Assembly (NCBI GenBank): GCA_003243955.1 | Contig: QHCE01000024.1 | Span: 188 to 64,187, forward strand | DNA from: Acidimicrobiales bacterium | GTDB lineage: Bacteria; Actinomycetota; Actinomycetes; Mycobacteriales; QHCE01 | Direction: 5' to 3' | DNA length: 64,000 nucleotides | Shown here: positions 37,259 through 46,734 of the stretch, piece after piece | How the letters are laid out: each line of letters begins with the position of its first letter | Numbering within the stretch: the stretch's first letter is position 1 | Translations under genes and position numbers: made by a program | The notes under the pieces: model-generated | What the model was told of the DNA's origin: nothing | Databases searched by the model: none | The model's input: the letters and a program-made list of their open reading frames with translations, nothing else

Positions 37259-39235
37259 TTATCGCGGTTCAGGGATAGATGGCGCGACAGAATCAACACT
37301 GACGCTGGCTCTGATCATCTCCATAACTCCGCCTTCGGCCAGGGCAGTGACGTCACCGAGCTCGCGGCGGTCGGCGACGTCACGCAGCAAGCGACGCATA
37401 ATCTTTCCAGAACGAGTCTTGGGTAGCTCGGGAACCACCATGAGCTGTCGCGGTTTGGCAATAGCGCCGATCTGATCGGTCACGTGGCGACGCAGCTGAG
37501 TCAGTAGGACCTGCGCAGCACCGCAATCATGCTCGCCGCGCAGAATAACAAACCCCACAATGCCCTGCCCGGTCAGGCAATCATGAGCGCCGACCACGGC
37601 AGCCTCCGCAACAGCCGGGTGGCTGGCCAAGGCGGACTCCACCTCGGTAGTGGAGATGCGGTGGCCGGATACGTTCATCACATCATCCACGCGCCCCAGC
37701 AGCCACAGATCGCCGTCCTCGTCTTTCTTGGCACCATCTCCCGCAAAGTAATATCCCTGCTCGGCATAGCGCGACCAGTACGTGTCCTGGTACCGCTGCG
37801 CATCACCCCAGATGCCGCGCAGCATGGCAGGCCACGGCTCGGTGAGCGCAAGGTAGCCGCCCTCACCGTAAGACACTGAATTACCAGTCTCATCAACCAC
37901 GTCCGCGCTAATTCCCGGAAGTGCCCGTTGCGCAGACCCCGGTTTTGTGCTGCTCACACCAGGAAGTGGGCTGATCATGATTGCACCGGTTTCAGTCTGC
38001 CACCAGGTATCCACAACCGGGCAACGCCCGCGGCCTACATGTTCCCGATACCACATCCATGCCTCCGGATTAATCGGCTCACCGACCGAGCCCAACACTC
38101 GCAGCGATGACAATTCGTACTGTGCTGGCAGCTGCTCCCCCCAGCGCATAAATGTCCGAATCACCGTCGGCGCGGTATATAAAATGGAGACTCGATACTT
38201 GTCAATGAGCTCCCAGAAGCGGCCTTGATGCGGCGTATCCGGCGCGCCTTCGTACATGACTTGAGTGACCCGATTGCTGAGCGGTCCATACACGATGTAG
38301 CTGTGGCCTGTGATCCAACCGACGTCGGCGGCGCACCAATACACGTCAGTATCGGCCTTGTGATCAAAGACCGCATGATGGGTATAACTCACCTGCGTGA
38401 GGTATCCGCCACTGGTATGCAAAATGCCTTTTGGCTCGGCTGTAGTGCCGGAGGTGTACAAAATAAACAACGGATGTTCAGCGTCAAAAGCCTGCCAGGC
38501 ATGCTCAGCAGATTGGGCGTCCACGAGGTCATGCCACCAAATGTCTCGTCCGGCGCGCCAGAACACATCCTGACCGGTGCGTCGGACCACCAAAATCGTC
38601 TCAATGCCGGTGCCTTCAACGGCTTCATCGGCGATAGCCTTCAGCGCATGGGCGCTCCCGCGCCGGAAACCGCCATCGGCGGTGATCAACACCGCCGCAC
38701 CAGCATCATTGGCTCGGCTACGCAAACTTTGCGCGGAGAAGCCACCGAACACCACGCTGTGCACAGCGCCAATCCGAGCGCACGCCAACATTGAAATCGC
38801 GGCCTCGGGGATCATTGGCAGGTAGATCATGACTCGATCACCTGGATGTACGCCCAGTGACGTCAACGCGTGAGCGGCTTTGCTGACTTCCTGTTGTAGC
38901 TGCGCATAGCTCAGGGAGCGAGTATCGCCGGGCTCACCTTCCCAATGAATTGCTATGTGATCGCCGTATCCGGCTTCCACATGCCGATCCACACAGTTGT
39001 AGGCAACGTTGAGTTTCCCACCGACAAACCACTGCGCAAATGGCGGCTTCCAGATCAACGTCGTATGCCATGGCTGCGACCAACTCAGTCTCCGAGCCTG
39101 CTCCTCCCAAAATCGCAACCGATCTTGCTCAGCTTGGGCGTAGGCAGCTTCGGTGACGTTAGCTGAGGCGGCGAGCTCGGGCGGAGGATTAAAACGACGG
39201 TCCTCATGCAGCAGATTCGACAGTGCAGATTCCAT
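37259..39235 (-). CDS. acs: Acetyl-CoA synthetase
   Basis: 658 aa with YTSGTTAEPKG (AMP-binding), WWQTETG, and a C-terminal SGKIMRR motif. Confidence 0.95.
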   Translation of the reverse strand: MESALSNLLHEDRRFNPPPELAASANVTEAAYAQAEQDRLRFWEEQARRLSWSQPWHTTLIWKPPFAQWFVGGKLNVAYNCVDRHVEAGYGDHIAIHWEGEPGDTRSLSYAQLQQEVSKAAHALTSLGVHPGDRVMIYLPMIPEAAISMLACARIGAVHSVVFGGFSAQSLRSRANDAGAAVLITADGGFRRGSAHALKAIADEAVEGTGIETILVVRRTGQDVFWRAGRDIWWHDLVDAQSAEHAWQAFDAEHPLFILYTSGTTAEPKGILHTSGGYLTQVSYTHHAVFDHKADTDVYWCAADVGWITGHSYIVYGPLSNRVTQVMYEGAPDTPHQGRFWELIDKYRVSILYTAPTVIRTFMRWGEQLPAQYELSSLRVLGSVGEPINPEAWMWYREHVGRGRCPVVDTWWQTETGAIMISPLPGVSSTKPGSAQRALPGISADVVDETGNSVSYGEGGYLALTEPWPAMLRGIWGDAQRYQDTYWSRYAEQGYYFAGDGAKKDEDGDLWLLGRVDDVMNVSGHRISTTEVESALASHPAVAEAAVVGAHDCLTGQGIVGFVILRGEHDCGAAQVLLTQLRRHVTDQIGAIAKPRQLMVVPELPKTRSGKIMRRLLRDVADRRELGDVTALAEGGVMEMIRASVSVDSVAPSIPEPR

Positions 39236-39239
39236 AGGG

Positions 39240-39715
39240 CGCCGCCTTTATCCTTTATTTTATAGGGAAATATCGCGATTAAGCTCGACATCTCTCGCAC
39301 TAAGCGATCAGAAACGTTGTAGTAGAACTCTGGATGCTCTGGCGGCACAGCGGTCGGGCAGACCACGACCCGCGCCCCATACGCCTGCAACACGCCGATT
39401 TTGTCCGCGGAGACCTTGTCTGGACAAACGAACACGCACTCGTAACCTCGCTGCTGGGCCAACAAGGCCAACCCACTCGATATTGGGCTCGACAATAGTT
39501 CCACCGAGTTGCAGCGACCCGTCTTGCTCGGCGGCGTCTATCATGCGCTGGGCTATGCGATCCTTCACCGAGCCACCGGGGTTGAGGTATTCCAGCTTGG
39601 CCAGCACCAGCGGACTACTGCGAGGGTTTTCCTGCGTACCGGTTGTGAGCACTGATCGCAGCGCAACCATGGGGGTATCGCCGATGAGGTCCACGACAGA
39701 GTCCACATAACGCAC
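39240..39715 (-). pseudogene. Cysteine synthase / cystathionine beta-synthase pseudogene (frameshifted, 3'-truncated)
   Basis: Two overlapping ORFs in different frames. The first reads LIGDTPMVAL...AKLEYLNPGGSVKDRIAQRMI...GGTIVEP. The second reads GLALLAQQRGYECVFVCPDKVSADKIGVLQAYGARVVVCP. The sequence ends about halfway through, where acs begins. Confidence 0.7.
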
Positions 39716-39779
39716 CCGACCAATCTAACGGTCAGCACCTAATCGGTTTGACCGAGACAAGGGAGTTAACCTTGATGTT

Positions 39780-40862
39780 GTGAGTCCCATATCTCGAACA
39801 CACAGCATCGCACTAAAAATCGCGGCCGGAGGCAGCCTGGGGGTGCTGGGCCTAATGGCTATCGGACATGTCATTAAGTTGCAAGCGGGGAAATTTCGTG
39901 CCGATGTTGCCATATTGCGGACCGCCCCAGCCTGTGAAGGTATCTACGGCCGCAAATACTCGGGCACACCGATCGAGTTCGTATTGATGGGCGACTCCAG
40001 CGCTGCCGGGGTAGGGGTAACGCTAGCGGCGCAAACACCAGGTGCGGTGATGGCGCATCAGCTGTCCATAGCGCTAAACAGACCAGTCCAGCTGCGGTGC
40101 CCCGCAGTACCCGGAGCGCTCAGCGCGGGACTGGTCGCTCAGGTGGCCAGCATCGTGTCGAACCCGCCCGATCTCGTACTGATTTTTGTCGGCGCCAATG
40201 ACATCACCCATCGCACTCGTACATCTGTGGCGGTCGCGCAGTTAGATCGAGCTGTCCGTGATCTGGTAACCAGCGGAGCGAAAGTCGTTGTAGGAACCTG
40301 CCCCGACTTAAGTTCCCTGGAAGGTATGCAGCCCCCGTTACGCTGGATCACCCAGTTCTGGTGCCGAGAACTCGCCGCGGCGCAGACGATAGCGGCGGTG
40401 CGCGCCGGAGCTCGCACTGTTTCTTTGGTCAACACACTGCGAGCCGAGTTTGGCTCACGGTCCCACGAGTTCTTCGCGGAAGACCGTTTTCATCCATCGG
40501 CGGCCGGATACTTGCGGGCGGCCGAGGCTATGCTGCCGTCCCTGATTGAGGCCCTCGGCTACGACAGCGAGCTTGCCCCTCCGCCATCACGTCCATGGTC
40601 GCTGATTCGTGCGCCGCGAAGCGGGCTACGCCGCCTAGCCAGAGCCGCGGTAGATGCTGCCGATACAGCAGGCACCGAGGTGACTGGCGTGCCCGCGCTC
40701 CAAGGGCAGCGTGGCATGTGGGGTCAGCTACGTAACAGACTGACCGAAGCCACTCAGTTAGCTCGCCAGCAGCTGCCGCGCTTCAGTGGTCGCCGCGGCG
40801 TAAATACCGGCGCTGACTCCGATGGGGACGCCGCGCAGCGCAGCCTCAAGGTCGTGGGATAA
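39780..40862 (+). CDS. SGNH/GDSL-family hydrolase
   Basis: N-terminal TM helix with FVLMGDSSAAGVG (block I), GANDITH (block III) and DRFHPS (block V). Confidence 0.75.
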   Translation: MSPISRTHSIALKIAAGGSLGVLGLMAIGHVIKLQAGKFRADVAILRTAPACEGIYGRKYSGTPIEFVLMGDSSAAGVGVTLAAQTPGAVMAHQLSIALNRPVQLRCPAVPGALSAGLVAQVASIVSNPPDLVLIFVGANDITHRTRTSVAVAQLDRAVRDLVTSGAKVVVGTCPDLSSLEGMQPPLRWITQFWCRELAAAQTIAAVRAGARTVSLVNTLRAEFGSRSHEFFAEDRFHPSAAGYLRAAEAMLPSLIEALGYDSELAPPPSRPWSLIRAPRSGLRRLARAAVDAADTAGTEVTGVPALQGQRGMWGQLRNRLTEATQLARQQLPRFSGRRGVNTGADSDGDAAQRSLKVVG

Positions 40863-41102
40863 GACGGCAAGCTGGTCGGCTAGCGCAAAATCGCTGTCTA
40901 GCCTGGGAACCTCGCGCCGCGGAAGCTGCCGAGCAGTTGCAGCGTAATTCGCCCACAACTGTAGAACGCGATGTACGTTGGCGCCCTCAACGCGCCACGT
41001 GGCGGCAGTCCACCCGGCGAACTGGGCTAGACACCGCTGCGCCGCCACGTGGAATTCCACGGCGGCGCAGCGGTCGCTTTCGTTGCCGCTACTTTCGGGC
41101 AT
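40758..41102 (-). CDS. Hypothetical protein (uncertain)
   Basis: Its start overlaps the stop of the upstream YccA-like gene by 14 nt, which suggests an operon. Its 3' end overlaps the convergent SGNH gene by 105 nt, so one of the two ends may be miscalled. Confidence 0.35.
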   Translation of the reverse strand: MPESSGNESDRCAAVEFHVAAQRCLAQFAGWTAATWRVEGANVHRVLQLWANYAATARQLPRREVPRLDSDFALADQLAVLSHDLEAALRGVPIGVSAGIYAAATTEARQLLAS

Positions 41103-41952
41103 ATCCCAGCAGACGCAGAATCTCCAGGTAAAGCCAGACCAACCCGACTAAAATGCCGAATGCGCAATACCAGGAGTACCGACGCTCAAGGCCCATGGCT
41201 ACACCTTGCTCGACGGCATGAAAATCAACGATAAACGTCATAGCGGCTAACCCGATCGCAAAAAGACTGAACGCGATAGCCAGCGGCCCTCCGTCACGCA
41301 ACCCCAGACCGGTACCACCATTAACGCCGAACAGCCCTAGGCCCAGGTTCAGCAGTGCGAGAGCAATGAATCCGAAAAGAGCTCCGGTCACCCACTTAAC
41401 GAATGTGGGAGTAGCTCGGAGCACCTTCAGCTTATACAGCGCGGCCATCGCGAAGAACACCCCGAACGTGCCAACAACGGCCTGCAACACAATGCCGTTG
41501 TCATATACCGAGGCATACCAGCGGCTGACAACGCCCACCAGCACGCCTTCCACCACCGCATAGCTGCCGATCAGGTACGGATTGGTGATTTGCTTGAAGG
41601 AAATCACCAGACCCAGAACTAGGCCGACTATGACCGAACCAGCTAACGCTACGCCAGTCATCCTGCCGTTATCGGGGAGCAGCAGCCACGCCAGCGCGGC
41701 TGTGAGACCTGTAATGCTGAGCAGCGAGACAGTGCGCACCACAACGTCGTCAACTGTCATAGGTTGGTCATTTGACGGCGCGTAAGGGGCGTAACTGGTC
41801 GAATACGGTTGCGTGGCGGAGCTGCCGCCATAGCCGGGGCCGTACCCGGCGCCTCCTACGCTCTGCTCCTGTAATACGGGCGAACGACGCAAGCCGGTAT
41901 GGCGACTAGCGCGTTCGGTAAGTTTGCCCAGAACCGGGTTCCTGCTTTTCAC
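41089..41952 (-). CDS. Bax inhibitor-1/YccA-family membrane protein
   Basis: SRNPVLGKL N-terminus, a Gly/Tyr/Pro-rich linker, and 7 predicted TM helices. Confidence 0.75.
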   Translation of the reverse strand: MKSRNPVLGKLTERASRHTGLRRSPVLQEQSVGGAGYGPGYGGSSATQPYSTSYAPYAPSNDQPMTVDDVVVRTVSLLSITGLTAALAWLLLPDNGRMTGVALAGSVIVGLVLGLVISFKQITNPYLIGSYAVVEGVLVGVVSRWYASVYDNGIVLQAVVGTFGVFFAMAALYKLKVLRATPTFVKWVTGALFGFIALALLNLGLGLFGVNGGTGLGLRDGGPLAIAFSLFAIGLAAMTFIVDFHAVEQGVAMGLERRYSWYCAFGILVGLVWLYLEILRLLGYARK

Positions 41953-42226
41953 GGTGCCTCCTTGAGAACCTGGCGCTCCGCCAGTGGGAACGGGCAGACG
42001 ATGCGCGTTCCACTACTGAGCCTAGCGCGCCGGGTTAGCGGTCGCAGCACACTAGGCGAAAAATGAAACCGCCCTACATTTTTCTGTCGACGAACTCGAC
42101 CGTTTAGCTGCTTTGAGGCCAAAAAACCACCGTTCTGTCGAGTTCGTGGACAGGATGGTTCGCCAAAAAAGGTGACCGTCTACAGCAGACCCTGCGCGAC
42201 TTAGCCATGAGGTAGCCAGCCTAGGG

Positions 42227-42817
42227 TTGCAGTTCATGAGCAGTAAAACCACTGGTCGGACAACGGGGAAGTTCTTGCTGGCGCTGAGCCCCCTGCTGGC
42301 CATTGGCAGCGTCGTACTCGCGGTAGTTGCCGCACAGGTGAGCTATGGAGTGGCCCGGCAGCGGGAAAGCACGTGCAACGGCCAGATTCCGATGTCCACC
42401 TCAGCCTTCGTGCTGGGCTGGGCCGCGGTTGCCGCCGCGCTGTTGGCCACAGTGGTCCTTCTTGCTGGTCAGTGGTGGCGTGACCCTATACACCGGTCCA
42501 GCATGCTATACACCACTGGATGCACCCTTCTCGCTGTCAGCGGCGTCATCGCCGTGCTTGTAGGGCTTGCTACAGGAACGTTGCTACTCGCGGGCGTGGG
42601 TGCAATCGCGCTTGTCGGTGTGAGCGTTACCGTTGTCATCGCATACGCCCGGCACCACAGATCCAGCTCGACCTCAGAAACGAAACGTCCCAGAACGACC
42701 TCGTTCCTCTTCACAGTCCTACTCACGGTCGCCCTTATCTTCCTACTGTTCAACGGTTTTGCTCTCTCTACCGTCTACGACGACGCCCCAACCAGATTGC
42801 ACGTCTGCTCCGGGTAA
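42227..42817 (+). CDS. Hypothetical multi-pass membrane protein
   Basis: 196 aa with about 5 hydrophobic helices. No family recognised. Confidence 0.5.
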   Translation: MQFMSSKTTGRTTGKFLLALSPLLAIGSVVLAVVAAQVSYGVARQRESTCNGQIPMSTSAFVLGWAAVAAALLATVVLLAGQWWRDPIHRSSMLYTTGCTLLAVSGVIAVLVGLATGTLLLAGVGAIALVGVSVTVVIAYARHHRSSSTSETKRPRTTSFLFTVLLTVALIFLLFNGFALSTVYDDAPTRLHVCSG

Positions 42818-42964
42818 CCAGCGCACAGCGCTCGCCACCTTGAGCCGGCGCGGGAGCGTCATCGATGGTTAGACGTAGGCCACCGGAGGTAGATAGCCGC
42901 CTGGCGACCTTGACTTGCTGTCGAATTGAATTCAAATGCAGTGGTTAGGTGTCTGCGCGGATCG

Positions 42965-43264
42965 CTACACGATCTTGTCCTGCGCAATGGCGTCAAATAA
43001 CTGTGCGAACCAGCGCAGCTGATAGGTTGCCAGATTCTCCGGCGAAGCCGTGAGTTTGGTTAAATGATCCCAGACCTCGGAGACTTGCCCGACGGTCAGC
43101 TCTTCAGGATCGCTGTACACGTTGAACTTCGCATTGTCCGGGATGGACCAGAAGTAATCGGATTCGAGTTCAATTTTGTCACCGTAGAGGCTACGCACAT
43201 GATCGAGAAGCGCAAGCAGCGAGTCGCGAATCCGATCTACCGAGATCTCGGTTCCATCAGTCAT
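42965..43264 (-). CDS. Small acidic protein, immunity-protein-like
   Basis: 99 aa, low GC, with GGAGG upstream of the ATG. It follows a truncated ORF tail on the same strand. Confidence 0.5.
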   Translation of the reverse strand: MTDGTEISVDRIRDSLLALLDHVRSLYGDKIELESDYFWSIPDNAKFNVYSDPEELTVGQVSEVWDHLTKLTASPENLATYQLRWFAQLFDAIAQDKIV

Positions 43265-43725
43265 AGTCGCCTCCGAGGATCTTCCTGCTGCTGTCGCGAA
43301 ACGCCTTGATTTCAGTTTTGGGCTGCTTTCACAACATTAGACTTTGGAGTAGGTAAGCCGGTTCGGCCCTCACCCCAGATTCCACAATCGTCGGACACAG
43401 GAAGATCCTGCTCGCAAAGAACCATGTCGATAAGAGCGGCGTCCGCCGCGTGCCCCAGTCGACACCACTGAAAGGGAGACAGCACATGCAAGACGGGGTC
43501 TTCATCAGTGCTCCAGCTAATGTTTCCCTTTGCCGGAATCTTCCCTAAACCGCCAGTCTATGACGCGACTGTCCGCTCCTTGCGGTAGTTCCCAGCGGCT
43601 GGACCTGACTACTCATTACATTCTTCTTCCGCCGCTATTCATCTGGGCCCCATGCGCAGTGCATAGCGACAGCAACGTTGAAAGGCAGTATCGAGGATAC
43701 GATCGGCACCTTCCCGAAGGCTGAT

Positions 43726-44103
43726 ATGTGTGGGACGTTTAGGTTCGGAATCCGAATCGCACCGGTGCCACCGGCACCTGAGATCTCGTTGCTCCCCTCA
43801 CCAAGCATAAACGCCGGGCACCAGTGCCCTATCTGCTCGTATCCCGGCCTACGGATGAAGCCCTACGATCTATGGCCGCCGCCGGCGGACTTGGAGCTAA
43901 CCCCACCCTACGAGGACCTTCTCGGGCGTGCGTCATACGAAGTGTGCCTACGGTGTGGATTCGAGTCCGGCAACGACGACAACCCTGGCACTAACTCCCC
44001 GATGTCGTTCGATAAGTACCGCCGCGAGTGGGAGGCGCAAGGATCGCCGTGGTTGGCCAAGCCTGAAGACGCGGGTCGGGCCGATTTCGGGAATATCCCG
44101 TAG
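43726..44103 (+). CDS. Cysteine-rich CPCC-domain-like protein
   Basis: CPICSYPGL...YEVCLRCGFESGNDDNPGTNSPMSFDKYRREW resembles the CPCC-family pattern (CxxC...C.xCxWE.d). Confidence 0.5.
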   Translation: MCGTFRFGIRIAPVPPAPEISLLPSPSINAGHQCPICSYPGLRMKPYDLWPPPADLELTPPYEDLLGRASYEVCLRCGFESGNDDNPGTNSPMSFDKYRREWEAQGSPWLAKPEDAGRADFGNIP

Positions 44104-44129
44104 CCTGCGGCTATGAACCTCAGTTTCGG

Positions 44130-44582
44130 TCAAATGGCCTTGTCGAGAGCCTTGATCACTTCGATGCCGAGCTGTAAGGGTGAGTCGTACGTGAATGTGC
44201 GCATCGCGTCCTCAATTGGCGTGAATCCGCGCCGCGATCCTTCGTTGCGCTTCGGAGTTATCTCGACAGACTCTCCCTCGCCGGACGGCTCCACGTACAC
44301 CCCGACCGACCGCGTTCCCCTCGCATAGGCAGCATAGCTGGGCAATCCGAACAGATTGAGGAGCGGCTGTGCCGGTTTGACGTCCCGGCCTGGGACGTCT
44401 ATGCCTTCACGGGATTGGCTGAGCGCATGACTAATGACGGCTCCCAGCTCGTCGGCCAAAGACTCTTGTGGCACACGAGTCGGCGTACCGTCGAGCACCC
44501 AGAATCCCGCGGACGTCTTCGAGTAGGCGCTGACGATGTATTCGTCCTGCCGCAGGTCGACGTTAGCTAGTTTTCTCATCAT
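44130..44582 (-). CDS. Hypothetical protein
   Basis: The internal ATG at 44582 is preferred over the track start at 44696. Low GC. No family recognised. Confidence 0.4.
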   Translation of the reverse strand: MMRKLANVDLRQDEYIVSAYSKTSAGFWVLDGTPTRVPQESLADELGAVISHALSQSREGIDVPGRDVKPAQPLLNLFGLPSYAAYARGTRSVGVYVEPSGEGESVEITPKRNEGSRRGFTPIEDAMRTFTYDSPLQLGIEVIKALDKAI

Positions 44583-44733
44583 GACACCACCGGAACCATA
44601 AACTTTACGCCCTTCGATGCCCAAAGCAGCAAGGCTGCCAACTAAGAGCCCACTTGTTCCAGGCGCTTGCGCATGTTTCGAAAAACAAATGCCCATTTGT
44701 CCCCGGTGCGACCCTTACTGACAGCTGTACCGT

Positions 44734-45726
44734 TTGCACATGGCTCAAATAGTGGTTTTGGGTGGTGGCGTTTCCGGTCTGTCGAGCGCCGTTCGACTGC
44801 TCGAACATGGTCATTCTGTTGAGGTGCTCGCGCGAGAAGTGACACCGCACACAACATCGGATACGGCGGCGGCAATCTGGGCGCCATACCGTGTCGAATT
44901 GGGTGATCTCATCGCGCATTGGTCTATGGCTTCTTTTCGACAGTTTCAGCAACTAGCCGCCGACGAGAATTCTGGCGTGGTCATGAGAGAAGGAACCTTC
45001 GGATTCGTCTCCTCGGCTCCTCCTGATTGGACTAACGGCATTCCTGAGGCGCGACTAGCCAATGAACAGGAGCGTCCTGTCGGTTGCGGTAGTGGCCTTA
45101 TCGCCCGGGTACCTGCGATCGAAATGAATCGCTACATGCCTTGGCTCCTTGCGCGCGTCAAAGCGTTGGGGGCTTTTGTCACGAGGACGGAAGTGACATC
45201 ATTCGACGAAATCTGCCGCTCAACAGACGCCATTGTCAACGCAACTGGCCTCGGTGCACGAGGATTGGCCAATGACACAGACCTGTACCCCGTCCGGGGC
45301 CGAATCGTTTTAGTTGAACAGATCGGGTTGGAACGATTCCTCGACATCGAAGCGGGAGACTGGCCGATAGGTATTTTCCCTCGTCGCGACGACATCGTTT
45401 TGACCGGTGCATACGAGATCAACGAGACCTCACTCAAGGTGCCCGACGGAATGGATGAGGGAATCGTGGAGCGGTGTGTTGCCTTTGAGCCAAGGCTGGC
45501 GCAAGCCCGGCGCCTTGGAGCAATGAGCGGACTTCGCCCTGCTCGCGATGCCGTCCGACTCGAGCTTGACCAGACCACTGACAAAATGCCCGTCGTGCAT
45601 AACTACGGGCACGGCGGCAGCGGAGTCACACTCTCATGGGGATGCGCTGACGATGTGGTTGACCTCATCGACAAAGCGTGCGGTATGACTGCCGAAGCGG
45701 AGATTCCGAAGACGAAACTAGCGTAA
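44734..45726 (+). CDS. FAD-dependent D-amino-acid oxidase-like oxidoreductase
   Basis: N-terminal VVLGGGVSGLSSA (dinucleotide fold) and C-terminal HNYGHGGSGVTLSWGCA (DAAO signature). Confidence 0.75.
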   Translation: MHMAQIVVLGGGVSGLSSAVRLLEHGHSVEVLAREVTPHTTSDTAAAIWAPYRVELGDLIAHWSMASFRQFQQLAADENSGVVMREGTFGFVSSAPPDWTNGIPEARLANEQERPVGCGSGLIARVPAIEMNRYMPWLLARVKALGAFVTRTEVTSFDEICRSTDAIVNATGLGARGLANDTDLYPVRGRIVLVEQIGLERFLDIEAGDWPIGIFPRRDDIVLTGAYEINETSLKVPDGMDEGIVERCVAFEPRLAQARRLGAMSGLRPARDAVRLELDQTTDKMPVVHNYGHGGSGVTLSWGCADDVVDLIDKACGMTAEAEIPKTKLA

Positions 45727-45748
45727 ACGCACCCTGAACAGGACTTCA

Positions 45749-45874
45749 CGCCCAGGACGGCTCGGCCGCACCCACCGTCGAATGGCCGCACAGGCAACAT
45801 TTCATTTCTTCGTGCCCAGGACGGGATTCGGCCACACCACCGTCGAATGCCCGCATGGGCAACATCTCATTCTT
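45749..45874 (-). repeat. Two tandem units of about 63 bp, each carrying a copy of the tRNA-Leu 3' end (att-like scars)
   Basis: Unit 45811..45874 begins with CGTGCCCAGGACGGGATTCGG, of which GTGCCCAGGACGGGATTCG (19 nt) is identical to the 3' end of the tRNA gene plus its adjacent flanking base. Unit 45749..45810 is a more diverged copy (CGCCCAGGACGGCTCGG). The remaining roughly 45 nt of the two units are about 85% identical. Confidence 0.85.
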
Positions 45875-45876
45875 TG

Positions 45877-45961
45877 TGCCCAGGACGGGATTCGAACCCG
45901 TACGCCCCTTCCGGAGCAGCCATTTTTAAGACGGCCGTGTCTGCCATTCCACCACCCGGGC
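45877..45961 (-). tRNA. tRNA-Leu (anticodon TAA)
   Basis: GCCCGGGTGGTGGAATGGCAGACACGGCCGTCTTAAAAATGGCTGCTCCGGAAGGGGCGTACGGGTTCGAATCCCGTCCTGGGCA. It has a 7-bp acceptor stem, a long variable arm, a GTTCGAATC T-loop, and anticodon loop CT-TAA-AA. Confidence 0.9.
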
Positions 45962-45990
45962 CACGCGATGTGCAACGCTAGGTGCTGGAC

Positions 45991-46734
45991 TTAGCCTACG
46001 GGGCTCGGCCCCAATCCCAGCTTCACCGCGCGAGTGAACACATCATCGAGCATGACAGCAGTCAATGTACCGGTGAACGTATTCTGCTGACTGACGTGGT
46101 AACAGCCAAGCACCGTCAGCGTGTGATGCGGGTTAGTCACACCGACTTCAACGCCATGGCCAAAACGCGGCCGAGGAACGGGAACCGTGAAGCCTAAACG
46201 GCGTAGCGCGGGCCACAGCGCGCTCCACCCAAAGCCGCCTAGCACCACCACCACGCGTAACGTGGGCAGTAGTAGAACTAGCTCACGATCCAGCCACTGC
46301 GCGCAGGTATCGCGCTCGAGTGGCGTGGGTTTGTTCTGTGGCGGGGCGCACCGTACGGCGGCAAAGATCCGCGTCGCGTGCAAAGTCAAACCGTCGTCGG
46401 CGCTGACGCTGTGTGGTTGATTTGCCAGGCCGGCCCGGTGGAGGGCGCCAAAAAGCCAATCACCACTGCGATCGCCGGTGAAGATCCGCCCCGTCCGATT
46501 GCCGCCGTGCGCGGCCGGCGCCAGACCCAGGATGCCAATTGACGCGTCAGCCGGACCAAAGCTCGGGACAGGCCTGCCCCAATACACCTGGTCGGCAAAG
46601 GCGGCACGCTTACTCCGCGCAACCTGTTCGCGCCAGGCGACTAACCGCGGGCAAGCACGGCAGTCAGAGACCGCGGCATCCAGCTGATTCAGTGAACGCA
46701 CCTTAGTGACATCAGGTAAGTACGCGTTCATCAT
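45991..46734 (-). CDS. Uracil-DNA glycosylase, family 5 (UdgB-like)
   Basis: [12 protein letters not shown] (Fe-S Cys), [19 protein letters not shown] motif, and a C-terminal HVSQQN motif. Confidence 0.8.
   Translation of the reverse strand: MMNAYLPDVTKVRSLNQLDAAVSDCRACPRLVAWREQVARSKRAAFADQVYWGRPVPSFGPADASIGILGLAPAAHGGNRTGRIFTGDRSGDWLFGALHRAGLANQPHSVSADDGLTLHATRIFAAVRCAPPQNKPTPLERDTCAQWLDRELVLLLPTLRVVVVLGGFGWSALWPALRRLGFTVPVPRPRFGHGVEVGVTNPHHTLTVLGCYHVSQQNTFTGTLTAVMLDDVFTRAVKLGLGPSPVG

Noticed and set aside
40758-40862. 105-nt convergent overlap between the SGNH hydrolase gene and the 114-aa minus-strand ORF.
   Set aside because: This is most likely an annotation ambiguity, with one ORF end overextended or the small ORF spurious, rather than biology. 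It cannot be resolved without homologues.
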